Program-made: the position numbers and the translations under genes
Notes under the pieces: generated by a model
The model's input: the letters and a program-made list of their open reading frames with translations, nothing else
Database searches by the model: none
Told to the model about the DNA's origin: nothing
Part shown: one piece after another, positions 9,199 to 17,286 of the stretch
How positions within the stretch are numbered: position 1 is the stretch's first letter
How the letters are laid out: every line of letters starts with the position of its first letter
DNA from: Thermoleophilia bacterium
GTDB taxonomy: Bacteria > Actinomycetota > Thermoleophilia > RBG-16-64-13
Reading direction: 5' to 3'
NCBI GenBank assembly: GCA_038204345.1
Contig: JBBRDB010000002.1
Location: 1 to 43,102, forward strand
Length of the DNA stretch: 43,102 nt

Positions 9199-9630
9199 TC
9201 AAGTAGCGTCGACCATAGCGAAGGTCAGTGTCGCGGAGCAGGCGAGTTGATCGCCGACAAAGGCCTTGCCTTCACCTTTGCCGAGAGGCGGCCTGGCCTT
9301 GGTGAGCTTGATCTCCAGACGGAGCGTATCTCCCGGTACCACCTGACGGCGAAAACGTGCCTTCTCGATGCCCGCGAACAGGGCGATCTTGCCTCGATTC
9401 TCGGGCAGGGCGAGAGCGGCCACGGCACCGGCCTGCGCGAGGGCCTCGATCTGCAGCACCCCGGGGAATACGGGGTAGCCTGGAAAGTGGCCCCGGAAAA
9501 CGTCTTCGTCGCCAGTGAGGTCTTTCTCGGCGACCACTCGCTCACCCGGAACGAACTCGAGCACACGGTCCAACAGGAGAAAAGGATCGCGGTGGGGGAT
9601 GATGGCCTCGATCTGCTGCTTGTCGAGCAT
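9199..9630 (-). CDS. fabZ: 3-hydroxyacyl-ACP dehydratase
   Basis: [44 protein letters not shown]. Confidence 0.97.
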   Translation of the reverse strand: MLDKQQIEAIIPHRDPFLLLDRVLEFVPGERVVAEKDLTGDEDVFRGHFPGYPVFPGVLQIEALAQAGAVAALALPENRGKIALFAGIEKARFRRQVVPGDTLRLEIKLTKARPPLGKGEGKAFVGDQLACSATLTFAMVDAT

Positions 9631-9654
9631 GACTGACCGTTCCTGATCGTGTTT

Positions 9655-9750
9655 GGTGGTCTGAAAGACAACCGACCCGGTAGGCCCTCAAGAGAACAGC
9701 CACCGGGTCGCGGATGGTAGTATTGTCCAAGAAACAAGGACCCATTTCAA
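9655..9750 (-). promoter_or_regulatory. fab operon promoter candidate and structured 5' leader
   Basis: Minus-strand TTGAAA-17 nt-GACAAT followed by an 11-bp stem (9673-9710) and a second small hairpin (9655-9673). Confidence 0.4.
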
Positions 9751-9790
9751 GGACGGCTGCCCGACCGCCCGTTTGGAGAACAGGGACCGC

Positions 9791-10438
9791 GTGGGCCAGA
9801 ACGAGTATATCGACGAATCCCTTCGTTCCTTCCTGCTGAAGCTGGGGGGCCGCACACCCGAGCCCGCTGGCGGCGCCGCCCTGGCTCTTGCCGGGGCTTC
9901 CGCCGCCGCCTTGCTGTCGCTCGCGTGTCATAGTGAGACGCGCGGACGGGGAGGCGTTTCAGCTGAAGACGATCTCCTACTCGCTACGCAGCGCCGGGCA
10001 GAACGGCTTTCGGATGAGATGCAGATGCTCATCGACGCCGACGTCGCCGCATACCGGGAGGTGACGCAGGCCCTCCGTTTGCCCAGAGAGACCGACGAGC
10101 AGCGCCGCACCCGGGAGGAGCGTCTCGACGCTGCGCTCCGGCACGCGGCCGAGGTGCCTTTGCAGTTGGCGGAAGCCGCACTGGAGATACTGGACTCCGC
10201 CGCCGATGTGGTGCAGCTCGTAAGAGGTCCCGTGCTCGGCGATCTCGCAGCGGCAGTCCACCTAGCCGAAGCCACTGTGAAAGGCTCGCTGCGTAACGCA
10301 CACATCAATTGCTCGGCCATGTCCGACGACCAGCTCGCCCGGGCCACGGAAGAACGGATCTCCCCCATCCGGGAGCGATTCGAGCAGTCCGCCCGCACTC
10401 TCTCGTCGGCACTGGTCAAACGAGGCCTTCCCGGCTAG
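9791..10438 (+). CDS. Cyclodeaminase/cyclohydrolase family protein (FTCD C-terminal-like)
   Basis: PEPAGGAALALAGASAAAL, LIDAD..AY..V..A..LP, AAEVPL, GDLAAA...A..N..IN pattern of the FTCD_C family. Confidence 0.88.
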   Translation: MGQNEYIDESLRSFLLKLGGRTPEPAGGAALALAGASAAALLSLACHSETRGRGGVSAEDDLLLATQRRAERLSDEMQMLIDADVAAYREVTQALRLPRETDEQRRTREERLDAALRHAAEVPLQLAEAALEILDSAADVVQLVRGPVLGDLAAAVHLAEATVKGSLRNAHINCSAMSDDQLARATEERISPIRERFEQSARTLSSALVKRGLPG

Positions 10439-10456
10439 TCCCGGGCGGGCGGCGCC

Positions 10457-12463
10457 GTGCAACTCCAGCTTTCCCTCACCCTCGCCGACGACCTCTACGA
10501 CCTGCTGCTTATGAGCGGCGAGCCCATCGACTTCCTGGATGCCGCCCGGCACCTGCTCTCCCTGAGGCAGTCGCCTGAAGCGCTGTGCCGGCGCATCATG
10601 GACACGCTTGCCACCGACGATCGCAGGTTTTGTTGGGCCAGCCCCACGACCATAGGCCTGAGCGACTGGCGGGTGACTGACCCGGATCTGGCCGACGTGG
10701 CGTTCGTGGTGGTGGATCTGGAGACCACCGGGATGCGTCCGGGGATCGGCAAGATCACCGAGATCGGGGCGGTGCGCATCGAAGGTCTGCGCCAGGTGGC
10801 GACATTCGAGACACTGGTGAATCCCCAGAGGAGCATCCCTCCCAAAGTCGTGGAGATCACCGGGATCACTTCGAGCATGCTCGTCGGAGCCCCACACATC
10901 GAGGAGGTCATGCCCCACATCCTCGATTTCTTGGACGGGGCGGTCATCGTGGCCCACAACGCCCCCTTCGATCTCAGCTTCCTGAACTACGAACTGAGCC
11001 GGCTGCGTGGTCGGCGTCTCGGGGATGGGGCCATCGACACGGTGCCGCTATCGCGTTCCGCCGCCCCTGGCCTCTCCAACTACAAACTGGGCACGGTGGC
11101 GAACGCGCTCGGATCGCCCGTGGCCGCCAGTCACCGCGCCCTCGCCGATGCGCTGGCAACCGCCCACGTGTTCCTCACCTGCGTGGGGCGGCTGCAGGAG
11201 AGAGACGTCACCTGCCTCGACGAGCTTCGCAGCCACATCGACCCCGGCCACAAGCGTGACGGCCGCAAGTTGGCTCTGACGCGTGACATCCCGCGCGAAC
11301 CGGGGGCGTACATGTTCCGCGACGGCGACGGCTCCGTCATATACGTGGGCAAGGCCGATCGGCTGCGCGACCGCGTGCGCAGCTACTTTCTCACCAACGC
11401 GGGCCACTCACGGAAAGTGCGACAGGCGGTGCGCCGACTTCAGCACGTGGACTTCGAGACCACCGGCACCCCACTGCGCGCCGTGGTTCGCGAGCAGGAA
11501 CTCATCCTGGAGCACCGGCCGTCGTGTAACGTCTTCGGCAGGCGACCGGAGACCTACTGCTACCTGAAGGTCGGTGGGCGAGGAGCTGGTTTGCGCCTCT
11601 ACGCGAGTGACCGCCCTGGATCGATCGGCGCCTCCGTCATGGTAGGTCCGTTCCGGGGAAGCGCGCGCGTCAAGACGGCCATAGAACTCCTACAACGCAC
11701 GTTCCCGATCCGCCAGTGCCGCGGATCGGGCGGCCGCGGATCGGGCGGCGAGACGCCCTGCCTGTATGGCCAGACGGGACGCTGCCTATCGCCCTGCTGC
11801 AACGCCTCACGGCGGTCGGAGCACGACGAGCTGGTGACCTCGTTGTTCAGATGGTTCACGGGAAGTGCTCCGCCGGCGCTCGGCGATCCTGTGGAGCGTG
11901 CCCACGCGCTCATGGAACAGATGGCCGCCCGGCGGCGGTACGAAGAGGCTCAAGCCATCCGTGAAGCCATTGAGGACCTGGACACGTTGCGTCGATCGTA
12001 CCAAGCTCTCGCCGAAGCCCGCGTGCTGCGCACCGCAGTCCTCTGGCCCGTCGACGGGAACGGCGAGAAGGGCGGGGAGCGCCGGGTTCACCTCGACCTG
12101 GTGTGGGACGGCTCTCTGTGCGCCTCGGCGCGACTCGACCGGAGCAACGCGGCGCGGGAGATAGAGAGGGCACTACGCTCTCTCCCTGCGCCTGAGGATG
12201 ACCGCGTGCCCACGCTTGCGCGTGCCGGCGGCCGCATCCTGTCTGCGGCGCTCACCGACGGCGCGCCGGACGCCACAGATGAACCTGCCTTGATCGCGGT
12301 CCCGCAGGACCGACTCGACCTTCTTCTGGCAGTACGAGGCTGGATCGCGAAAGCCCCCGCCTCGTGCCTCGCTCCGTCCCCCGCGGGAGCCGGGCGCGAG
12401 CAGGCGGTGGAGACTTGGCGGCGAGAACTCATCGCCGCGACGCACCGCCTGCTCGAAGACTAG
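10457..12463 (+). CDS. DEDD 3'-5' exonuclease (DnaQ-like) fused to a GIY-YIG/UvrC-like nuclease domain
   Basis: VVDLETTG, VAHNAPFD, HRALADA (DEDDh); PG.YMFRD...VIYVGKA..LR.RVRSYF (GIY-YIG); UvrC-type Cys cluster; UVR-like YEEAQAIRE. Confidence 0.92.
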   Translation: MQLQLSLTLADDLYDLLLMSGEPIDFLDAARHLLSLRQSPEALCRRIMDTLATDDRRFCWASPTTIGLSDWRVTDPDLADVAFVVVDLETTGMRPGIGKITEIGAVRIEGLRQVATFETLVNPQRSIPPKVVEITGITSSMLVGAPHIEEVMPHILDFLDGAVIVAHNAPFDLSFLNYELSRLRGRRLGDGAIDTVPLSRSAAPGLSNYKLGTVANALGSPVAASHRALADALATAHVFLTCVGRLQERDVTCLDELRSHIDPGHKRDGRKLALTRDIPREPGAYMFRDGDGSVIYVGKADRLRDRVRSYFLTNAGHSRKVRQAVRRLQHVDFETTGTPLRAVVREQELILEHRPSCNVFGRRPETYCYLKVGGRGAGLRLYASDRPGSIGASVMVGPFRGSARVKTAIELLQRTFPIRQCRGSGGRGSGGETPCLYGQTGRCLSPCCNASRRSEHDELVTSLFRWFTGSAPPALGDPVERAHALMEQMAARRRYEEAQAIREAIEDLDTLRRSYQALAEARVLRTAVLWPVDGNGEKGGERRVHLDLVWDGSLCASARLDRSNAAREIERALRSLPAPEDDRVPTLARAGGRILSAALTDGAPDATDEPALIAVPQDRLDLLLAVRGWIAKAPASCLAPSPAGAGREQAVETWRRELIAATHRLLED

Positions 12464-12464
12464 A

Positions 12465-12480
12465 CCCCGGTAGCCCGGGG
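12465..12480. terminator. GC hairpin between convergent genes
   Basis: CCCCGG-TAGC-CCGGGG directly after the TAG at 12463; no U-tract. Confidence 0.35.
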
Positions 12481-12485
12481 AGGGA

Positions 12486-12671
12486 TCAGACCGCGGCGGC
12501 TTCCCTGTTCTCGACGCTCATGCCCCGAGCCTTCATGACCAGGGTGAGCAGGCTGCGATCGACTTTGCCTTTATAGATGGGCACACTCTCCTCGAGACAG
12601 AGCCGGACCACATCCTTGGTGTCCATCCCGAACTCTCGAGCCAGCTCCTCCGGGGTGAAGTGGTTCGCCAT
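12486..12671 (-). CDS. Small (61 aa) hypothetical protein with HTH-like N-terminus
   Basis: ATG 12671 after strong SD GGAAAGGAG; MANHFTPEELAREFGMDTKDVVRLCLEESVPIYKGKVDRSLL... Confidence 0.85.
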   Translation of the reverse strand: MANHFTPEELAREFGMDTKDVVRLCLEESVPIYKGKVDRSLLTLVMKARGMSVENREAAAV

Positions 12672-12735
12672 CACTTCTCCTTTCCATGGTGGGCCCGGGG
12701 CCGTAGCCCCCTTTGAGACCCGCCTATTCGGACAC

Positions 12736-12769
12736 AAAAAAAGCCCGGCAGCACGCAGCCTGCCAGGCT
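12736..12769 (-). terminator. Intrinsic terminator within the 5' leader of the 61-aa gene
   Basis: Minus strand AGCCTGGCAG-GCTGCGTG-CTGCCGGGCT running into a T7 tract; the clearest U-tailed hairpin seen in the window. Confidence 0.85.
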
Positions 12770-12855
12770 ATTGGGACGGTCTTGACCGAAGTACGAGAAT
12801 CTTGTCTCCTCTCCGGCGGGGGAACTCCCCCTGATCCACACGAGGAATCATGACA
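12770..12855 (-). ncRNA. Putative cis-regulatory structured leader RNA (riboswitch- or attenuator-like)
   Basis: Lies between a promoter and a terminator; hairpins GGGGG-AGUU-CCCCC and GCCGGA/GAGGA...UUCUC-GUAC-UUCGGU, followed by CAAGACC. Confidence 0.5.
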
Positions 12856-12860
12856 CGACC

Positions 12861-12889
12861 ATTGTAGACCCCCGGCCGGTGCCGCACAA
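12861..12889 (-). promoter_or_regulatory. Sigma70-type promoter TTGTGC-17 nt-TACAAT
   Basis: -35 at 12884-12889, -10 at 12861-12866. Confidence 0.65.
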
Positions 12890-12948
12890 CCCGCATCACG
12901 CACTTTCAGCGACGGCGCATCGACGGAAGCGATACTCCCGCGCCGAGG

Positions 12949-14175
12949 TCATGCCTCCCGCGCCTGCTCCCGCAGAAGAGTCATGTCCACGACCTCGCCG
13001 ACCCGGATCCCTCCGGTGTCTGCCGGGACGAATACGAGTCCATCAGCGTTCACCATCGATTTGAGAATGCCTGAGCCCTGAGGACCGGTAGAGCTGGCGT
13101 GCCACGTGTCGCCTTCCCGCCAGGCCCTCACCCGCACCACGTGCACCCGCCCGTGCCGGTTGACGAGATCCTCATGCATCACCGCGCGGTGCACCGGACG
13201 CAGCACCCTCTGGTGTCCCATGAGGCGGAGCAGCGCGGGCCGGATGAAGAGTTCGAAGGAGACCATGGCCGCGACCGGGTTGCCCGGGACTCCGAACACG
13301 AGACACCCGTCCCTGACTCCGAAGACCAGCGGCTTGCCGGGCTTCATGGCTACCCGCCAGAGACGCCGCTGAACGCCCAGGTCGTCCTGCACTTCCTTCA
13401 CGAAATCGAAGTCTCCCACGGACACTCCGCCGGAGGTGATGAGCACGTCATAGGTCATGCCGCGCTCGAGAAGGGAGCGGGTCGCTTCGTATTCATCGGG
13501 CGCGATGCCCAGACGCTCGGCCTCGATACCCAATTGGCGGCACTGCGCTTCCATGGTGTAGCTATTTGAGTTGCGGATCTGTCCCGGCGCCAGCTCCTGG
13601 TCCACTTCGACGAGTTCGCTCCCGGTGGCCACGATGGCAACGCGCGGCCGTCGATGGACCTCCAGGAAGGGGAAGCCCATGCTGGCCGCCAAGCCTATCT
13701 CGGCGGGGCCCACCACGTCGCCCGCGGCCAAGACGGCCGTCCCGCGACCGACGTCTTCCCCTGCACGCCGAAGATTCTCCGCCGGCTCTACTTCGCGCAG
13801 GACCAGGACCGTGCCGTCACGAGGCTCGGTGGCCTCCACTTCGACCACGGCGTCCGCGCCGGCCGGCAGTGGCGCTCCGGTCATGATCCTCACGGCCTCG
13901 CCGGGTGCCACGTGCACCTGAGCGACGCCGCCGGCTGCGACAGTATCCACGACTTTCAGCGCGACCGGAAGCGCCGCGGCCCGACTCGTGTCGACGGCGC
14001 GCAGGGCGAATCCATCCATGGCAGAGTTGTCGAACGGTGGCAAATCGTGCGGCGCGATCAACCCCTGGGTAAGCACGCCGCCGAGGGCTTCGGATAGCGC
14101 CCGACGCTCGGACGGCAGAGGCGAAGCTTCGGCCAGGACCAGCGCCAGCGCTTCCTCTATCGTGATCACGGCCAT
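12949..14175 (-). CDS. moeA: Molybdopterin molybdotransferase (MoeA/gephyrin-like)
   Basis: PPFDNSAMDGFA, RIMTGAPLPAGADAVV.VE, TGSEL, IRNSN, TSGGVSVGDFD, MKPGKP, PGNPV; ATG 14175 after GGAGG. Confidence 0.96.
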   Translation of the reverse strand: MAVITIEEALALVLAEASPLPSERRALSEALGGVLTQGLIAPHDLPPFDNSAMDGFALRAVDTSRAAALPVALKVVDTVAAGGVAQVHVAPGEAVRIMTGAPLPAGADAVVEVEATEPRDGTVLVLREVEPAENLRRAGEDVGRGTAVLAAGDVVGPAEIGLAASMGFPFLEVHRRPRVAIVATGSELVEVDQELAPGQIRNSNSYTMEAQCRQLGIEAERLGIAPDEYEATRSLLERGMTYDVLITSGGVSVGDFDFVKEVQDDLGVQRRLWRVAMKPGKPLVFGVRDGCLVFGVPGNPVAAMVSFELFIRPALLRLMGHQRVLRPVHRAVMHEDLVNRHGRVHVVRVRAWREGDTWHASSTGPQGSGILKSMVNADGLVFVPADTGGIRVGEVVDMTLLREQAREA

Positions 14176-14284
14176 AACCTCCGAACGAACTGCACGTTTA
14201 AGCAAGCAAGGATCCCCGAATCGATAGACCAGGATAGCACGGCCGCTAACCGGCGAATCCCGCTCAGACTGCAAGGCGGATCAT

Positions 14285-14527
14285 ATGATCGTATCCGAGA
14301 TCGAGATACGCAAAGTCATCGGACTGCAGGCCCCGAAGCCTGAGGAGCACCCGGCTCCCGCGCAGCTTGAGGCCTATGTGGCGCCGGCCCACCAAAGACA
14401 CCTGCGCCTACTCGACATCCGCGGCCTGCTCGACCGCGGAGAGTACCGGATCACCCCTCTCGTGGTGGCCGAGAAGATGGTTGGTCGTGCCATCTGCGAC
14501 CAAGTCGCCCGCCTGTACGACGCCTGA
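14285..14527 (+). CDS. FlgM-like anti-sigma-28 factor (putative)
   Basis: 80 aa; C-terminal RLLDIRGLLDRGEYRITPLVVAEKMV matches the FlgM pattern (KV..LK..I..G.Y.V....IAEKM). Confidence 0.6.
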   Translation: MIVSEIEIRKVIGLQAPKPEEHPAPAQLEAYVAPAHQRHLRLLDIRGLLDRGEYRITPLVVAEKMVGRAICDQVARLYDA

Positions 14528-14672
14528 GCCGCTGGGCGCCGCCGTCGGGACCTATCGTCCTCGAGATTCTCACCCTCCCGGACCGGCGCGTTTGTAGCAT
14601 CCTCCTCCACGGCCTACAATGCTTTCCTGAGTCCGACGCGGGAATGAGGCCGAGCCCGACGCAGGAGAGAGG

Positions 14673-16496
14673 ATGCACCTCAACGTGCGCCGCCGCTTGG
14701 CGGATCGTATCTGGCAGTGGAGAAAGACCACATACGCGGCGAGTTCCATCGTCGTCGCAGTCGGATTCATCGCCGTGTTCCTCTTCATCAACTCGCCCAC
14801 GGCCGGGATCCAAGTTTCAACGAAGCCCAGTTTCTTCGAGGCAGGCAGGGCTCTGCGCATGGCTCAGGAACTGGCGGACAACTATCCCGAGCCGTTGGTG
14901 GGGAGCGAAGACTCGAGATCAGCAACGGTGTGGGTCGCGGATCGTCTGACGGACCTGGAGATCCCCTATCACGAGAGTGAATTCACCGCTACTCTGGGAA
15001 ACCGGGAGGCGGTCCTACGCAACGTAGTCATGGTCTTCACAGGTTCGAGTCGTGAGGCCATCCTGGTGTCGGCACCGAGGGATCCCGACCTGGACTCGCG
15101 CCTCTCGCCCCTCGCCAACGCAACCGGCACCGCCATACTAGTGGAACTGGCGCAGGCCTTCGCCGTACGTCCGCACGAACGCACGATCATCCTTCTGTCG
15201 ACAGAGGGTGGCAGCTACGCGGGATTGGGCTTGGATCACTTCCTGCGAACCGACCCACTGGCTGCGGACGTCGGCGCGATATTGAGCATCCGCGGCCTAG
15301 GAAGAGAGGAACGCGACGTGCTGCGGGCCGGCGTATCCGGTACGGAGTCCGCCGCTCCTGGTTGGTACCTCCAACTTGCTTCGCATACCCTTCAGGAAGC
15401 CGGGCTGGGGCTCAAGGTCAACGGCATTGCGCGACAGATCGCCGACCAGGCCCTGCACGTCTCGAGAGGCGAGCAGGTTGCCGGACTGCGAGCAGGGATC
15501 CCGTCGATGATGCTCTACGACCCGGGGCCTGGAGAGCCCTCATCGGAAGGCATCGCCACCCACGGCATGGCGGTCGAACGGCTCGTGCTGAGCCTGGACA
15601 GCGGGTCGGAGATCCCGCGGGATCCGGGCACAGCGATCGTGCTCGGGTCCGGCCGCTACCTCACGAGGCGGGCGCTCTCGACTCTGGGCGCGCTCATGCT
15701 CCTCCCCGCTTTCGCCATGGCCCTTACGTGGCTCCTGGTGTCGCGCGTTCGGCCGGAGGTCTGGTTACGCTACCTCCGCAACCTGCTGTCCTTCGTGCTT
15801 CCCCTCGCGCTCTGGAGTGCTGCGATCTACGGGGCGGCATACTTCAGGATACTGCCGCGGTATCCGTTTCAAGCTCCGGCTGCCGCCCGGGCCGCGACCG
15901 AGCCCGACTTCCTAGTGACCGCGGCGCTTGTTGTGTTGGGAATCACCATCCTGTTCCTGAGTAGACATTACCTGGGCCACCTTCGACCCCGAGAGCCCCT
16001 CATCATGGCTGAGACCGTCAAGTTGAGCACGGGGCTCTCGGTTTTGACGCTCGGGCTGTTCGTGCTCGCGGCCCACTCGCCCTTCTCAGTGCTCACAGGA
16101 GTCACAGCCGCATGGATATGGCCCCTGGTCACCTGTTTTGCGGAGCCTCGAAAAGCCTCGCTCTCGTGGCTCCCGCAGGCGCGAGGCAACGCGATACTCC
16201 TCCTCAGCGGCCTTGCCGGTCCGATTGCACTCTACGTGTATCTCGTGCTCAGCACGGATGTCCGCTGGTGGGAGGGGTGGTGGTTCGCGATCGTGCAGTC
16301 GGTGTCCGGAGCCTATGGGGTCACCGGACCCATGGCGTCTGTGCTTATGACGGCAGGCTTCTTCGTGTTGCTCGGAGTGAGGCGCCTCCAGCTGCTTCCA
16401 GTGGAGACTCTCGGCGACCACAACGAGTCCGACTTGGTCGCGGCCCCACCCCGAGTGCGCAGGGTCACCCGGCCCCGCCGTCCCGACCGTCTTTAG
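14673..16496 (+). CDS. Membrane protein with M28 peptidase-like extracellular domain (metal ligands degenerate) and multi-TM C-terminus
   Basis: N-terminal TM; NVVMVFTG.S.EAILVSAPRD, ANATGTAILVELA, RTIILLSTEGG follow the M28 fold order; several C-terminal hydrophobic helices; TACAAT -10 at 14615-14620. Confidence 0.75.
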   Translation: MHLNVRRRLADRIWQWRKTTYAASSIVVAVGFIAVFLFINSPTAGIQVSTKPSFFEAGRALRMAQELADNYPEPLVGSEDSRSATVWVADRLTDLEIPYHESEFTATLGNREAVLRNVVMVFTGSSREAILVSAPRDPDLDSRLSPLANATGTAILVELAQAFAVRPHERTIILLSTEGGSYAGLGLDHFLRTDPLAADVGAILSIRGLGREERDVLRAGVSGTESAAPGWYLQLASHTLQEAGLGLKVNGIARQIADQALHVSRGEQVAGLRAGIPSMMLYDPGPGEPSSEGIATHGMAVERLVLSLDSGSEIPRDPGTAIVLGSGRYLTRRALSTLGALMLLPAFAMALTWLLVSRVRPEVWLRYLRNLLSFVLPLALWSAAIYGAAYFRILPRYPFQAPAAARAATEPDFLVTAALVVLGITILFLSRHYLGHLRPREPLIMAETVKLSTGLSVLTLGLFVLAAHSPFSVLTGVTAAWIWPLVTCFAEPRKASLSWLPQARGNAILLLSGLAGPIALYVYLVLSTDVRWWEGWWFAIVQSVSGAYGVTGPMASVLMTAGFFVLLGVRRLQLLPVETLGDHNESDLVAAPPRVRRVTRPRRPDRL

Positions 16497-16550
16497 GCCA
16501 GGCTGCTCACGTGCCCACGCGCAGGTCGACGACTCCCTGAGCGCGAAGCT

Positions 16551-17267
16551 CTAGCCCAGGTCGAGGTACTCCAACGCCATGTGGCGGATCAGTTCGGAGT
16601 TCTCCGCGCACTTGTCGGCGATAGACTCAAGGCGCTCGATGATGGCCTTCAGCTGATGGAACGTCTTGAAGTCGGTGTCCATGTCGAACATGAAGCGGTA
16701 CATCTGTGCGAAGACCTTGTCAGCGCGGCTCTCGATAGCATCGACCTGGCTCGCTATGCCGATAGACTCGCGGAAGTCGCCGCGCAGGGCGAACACGGCG
16801 TCGCGCAACTTGCGAACGGCTTCGATGTCGATCTTCACCATCTCCACCAGCAGCTCGTTCAACTCGGCGGGAAGGGTGAAGCGGCGCATGACGATGCGGT
16901 CGGCGGCGCCGGCCGCGTAGTTGGCGATGCCGTCCATGGAATCCACCAGGCGAGAGAGGTCGGCCCGGCCCATGACGAAGACACCGCCGCCGGCGAGTTT
17001 GTCTAGGATGTCGGCTTTCCGATCGTCAGCCGCGCTCTCTAACCGGTCGAGTTCGGATGCCGTCTTCGCGAGCGACTCATAGTCATCGGCGACGAAGTGG
17101 CGCATCACTTCTCCGAGTTCCTCCACGATCGTGACGACACGATCGGTGAAATCTCGGATGTCCCCTAGGACCTGCTCTTCCTTCCGACGGCCCATCGCGT
17201 CGATGGCTCCTTCCAGAGACGCCTGCGCCCCGAGGGTACGCTTTATCTTGTCAAACGCGTCACTCAT
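16551..17267 (-). CDS. DUF47 family phosphate transport regulator (PhoU-like)
   Basis: LESAADDRK, DLSRL...MDGIA, IESRADK, LESIADKC repeats; directly downstream of pit. Confidence 0.9.
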   Translation of the reverse strand: MSDAFDKIKRTLGAQASLEGAIDAMGRRKEEQVLGDIRDFTDRVVTIVEELGEVMRHFVADDYESLAKTASELDRLESAADDRKADILDKLAGGGVFVMGRADLSRLVDSMDGIANYAAGAADRIVMRRFTLPAELNELLVEMVKIDIEAVRKLRDAVFALRGDFRESIGIASQVDAIESRADKVFAQMYRFMFDMDTDFKTFHQLKAIIERLESIADKCAENSELIRHMALEYLDLG

Positions 17268-17286
17268 GATCGCTCCCCCCTTGAAC

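Noticed and set aside
12770-12840. Canonical yybP-ykoY manganese riboswitch
   Set aside because: Only the GGGGAG and CAAGACC ends match; the L3 motif is not seen and the downstream gene is not a transporter.
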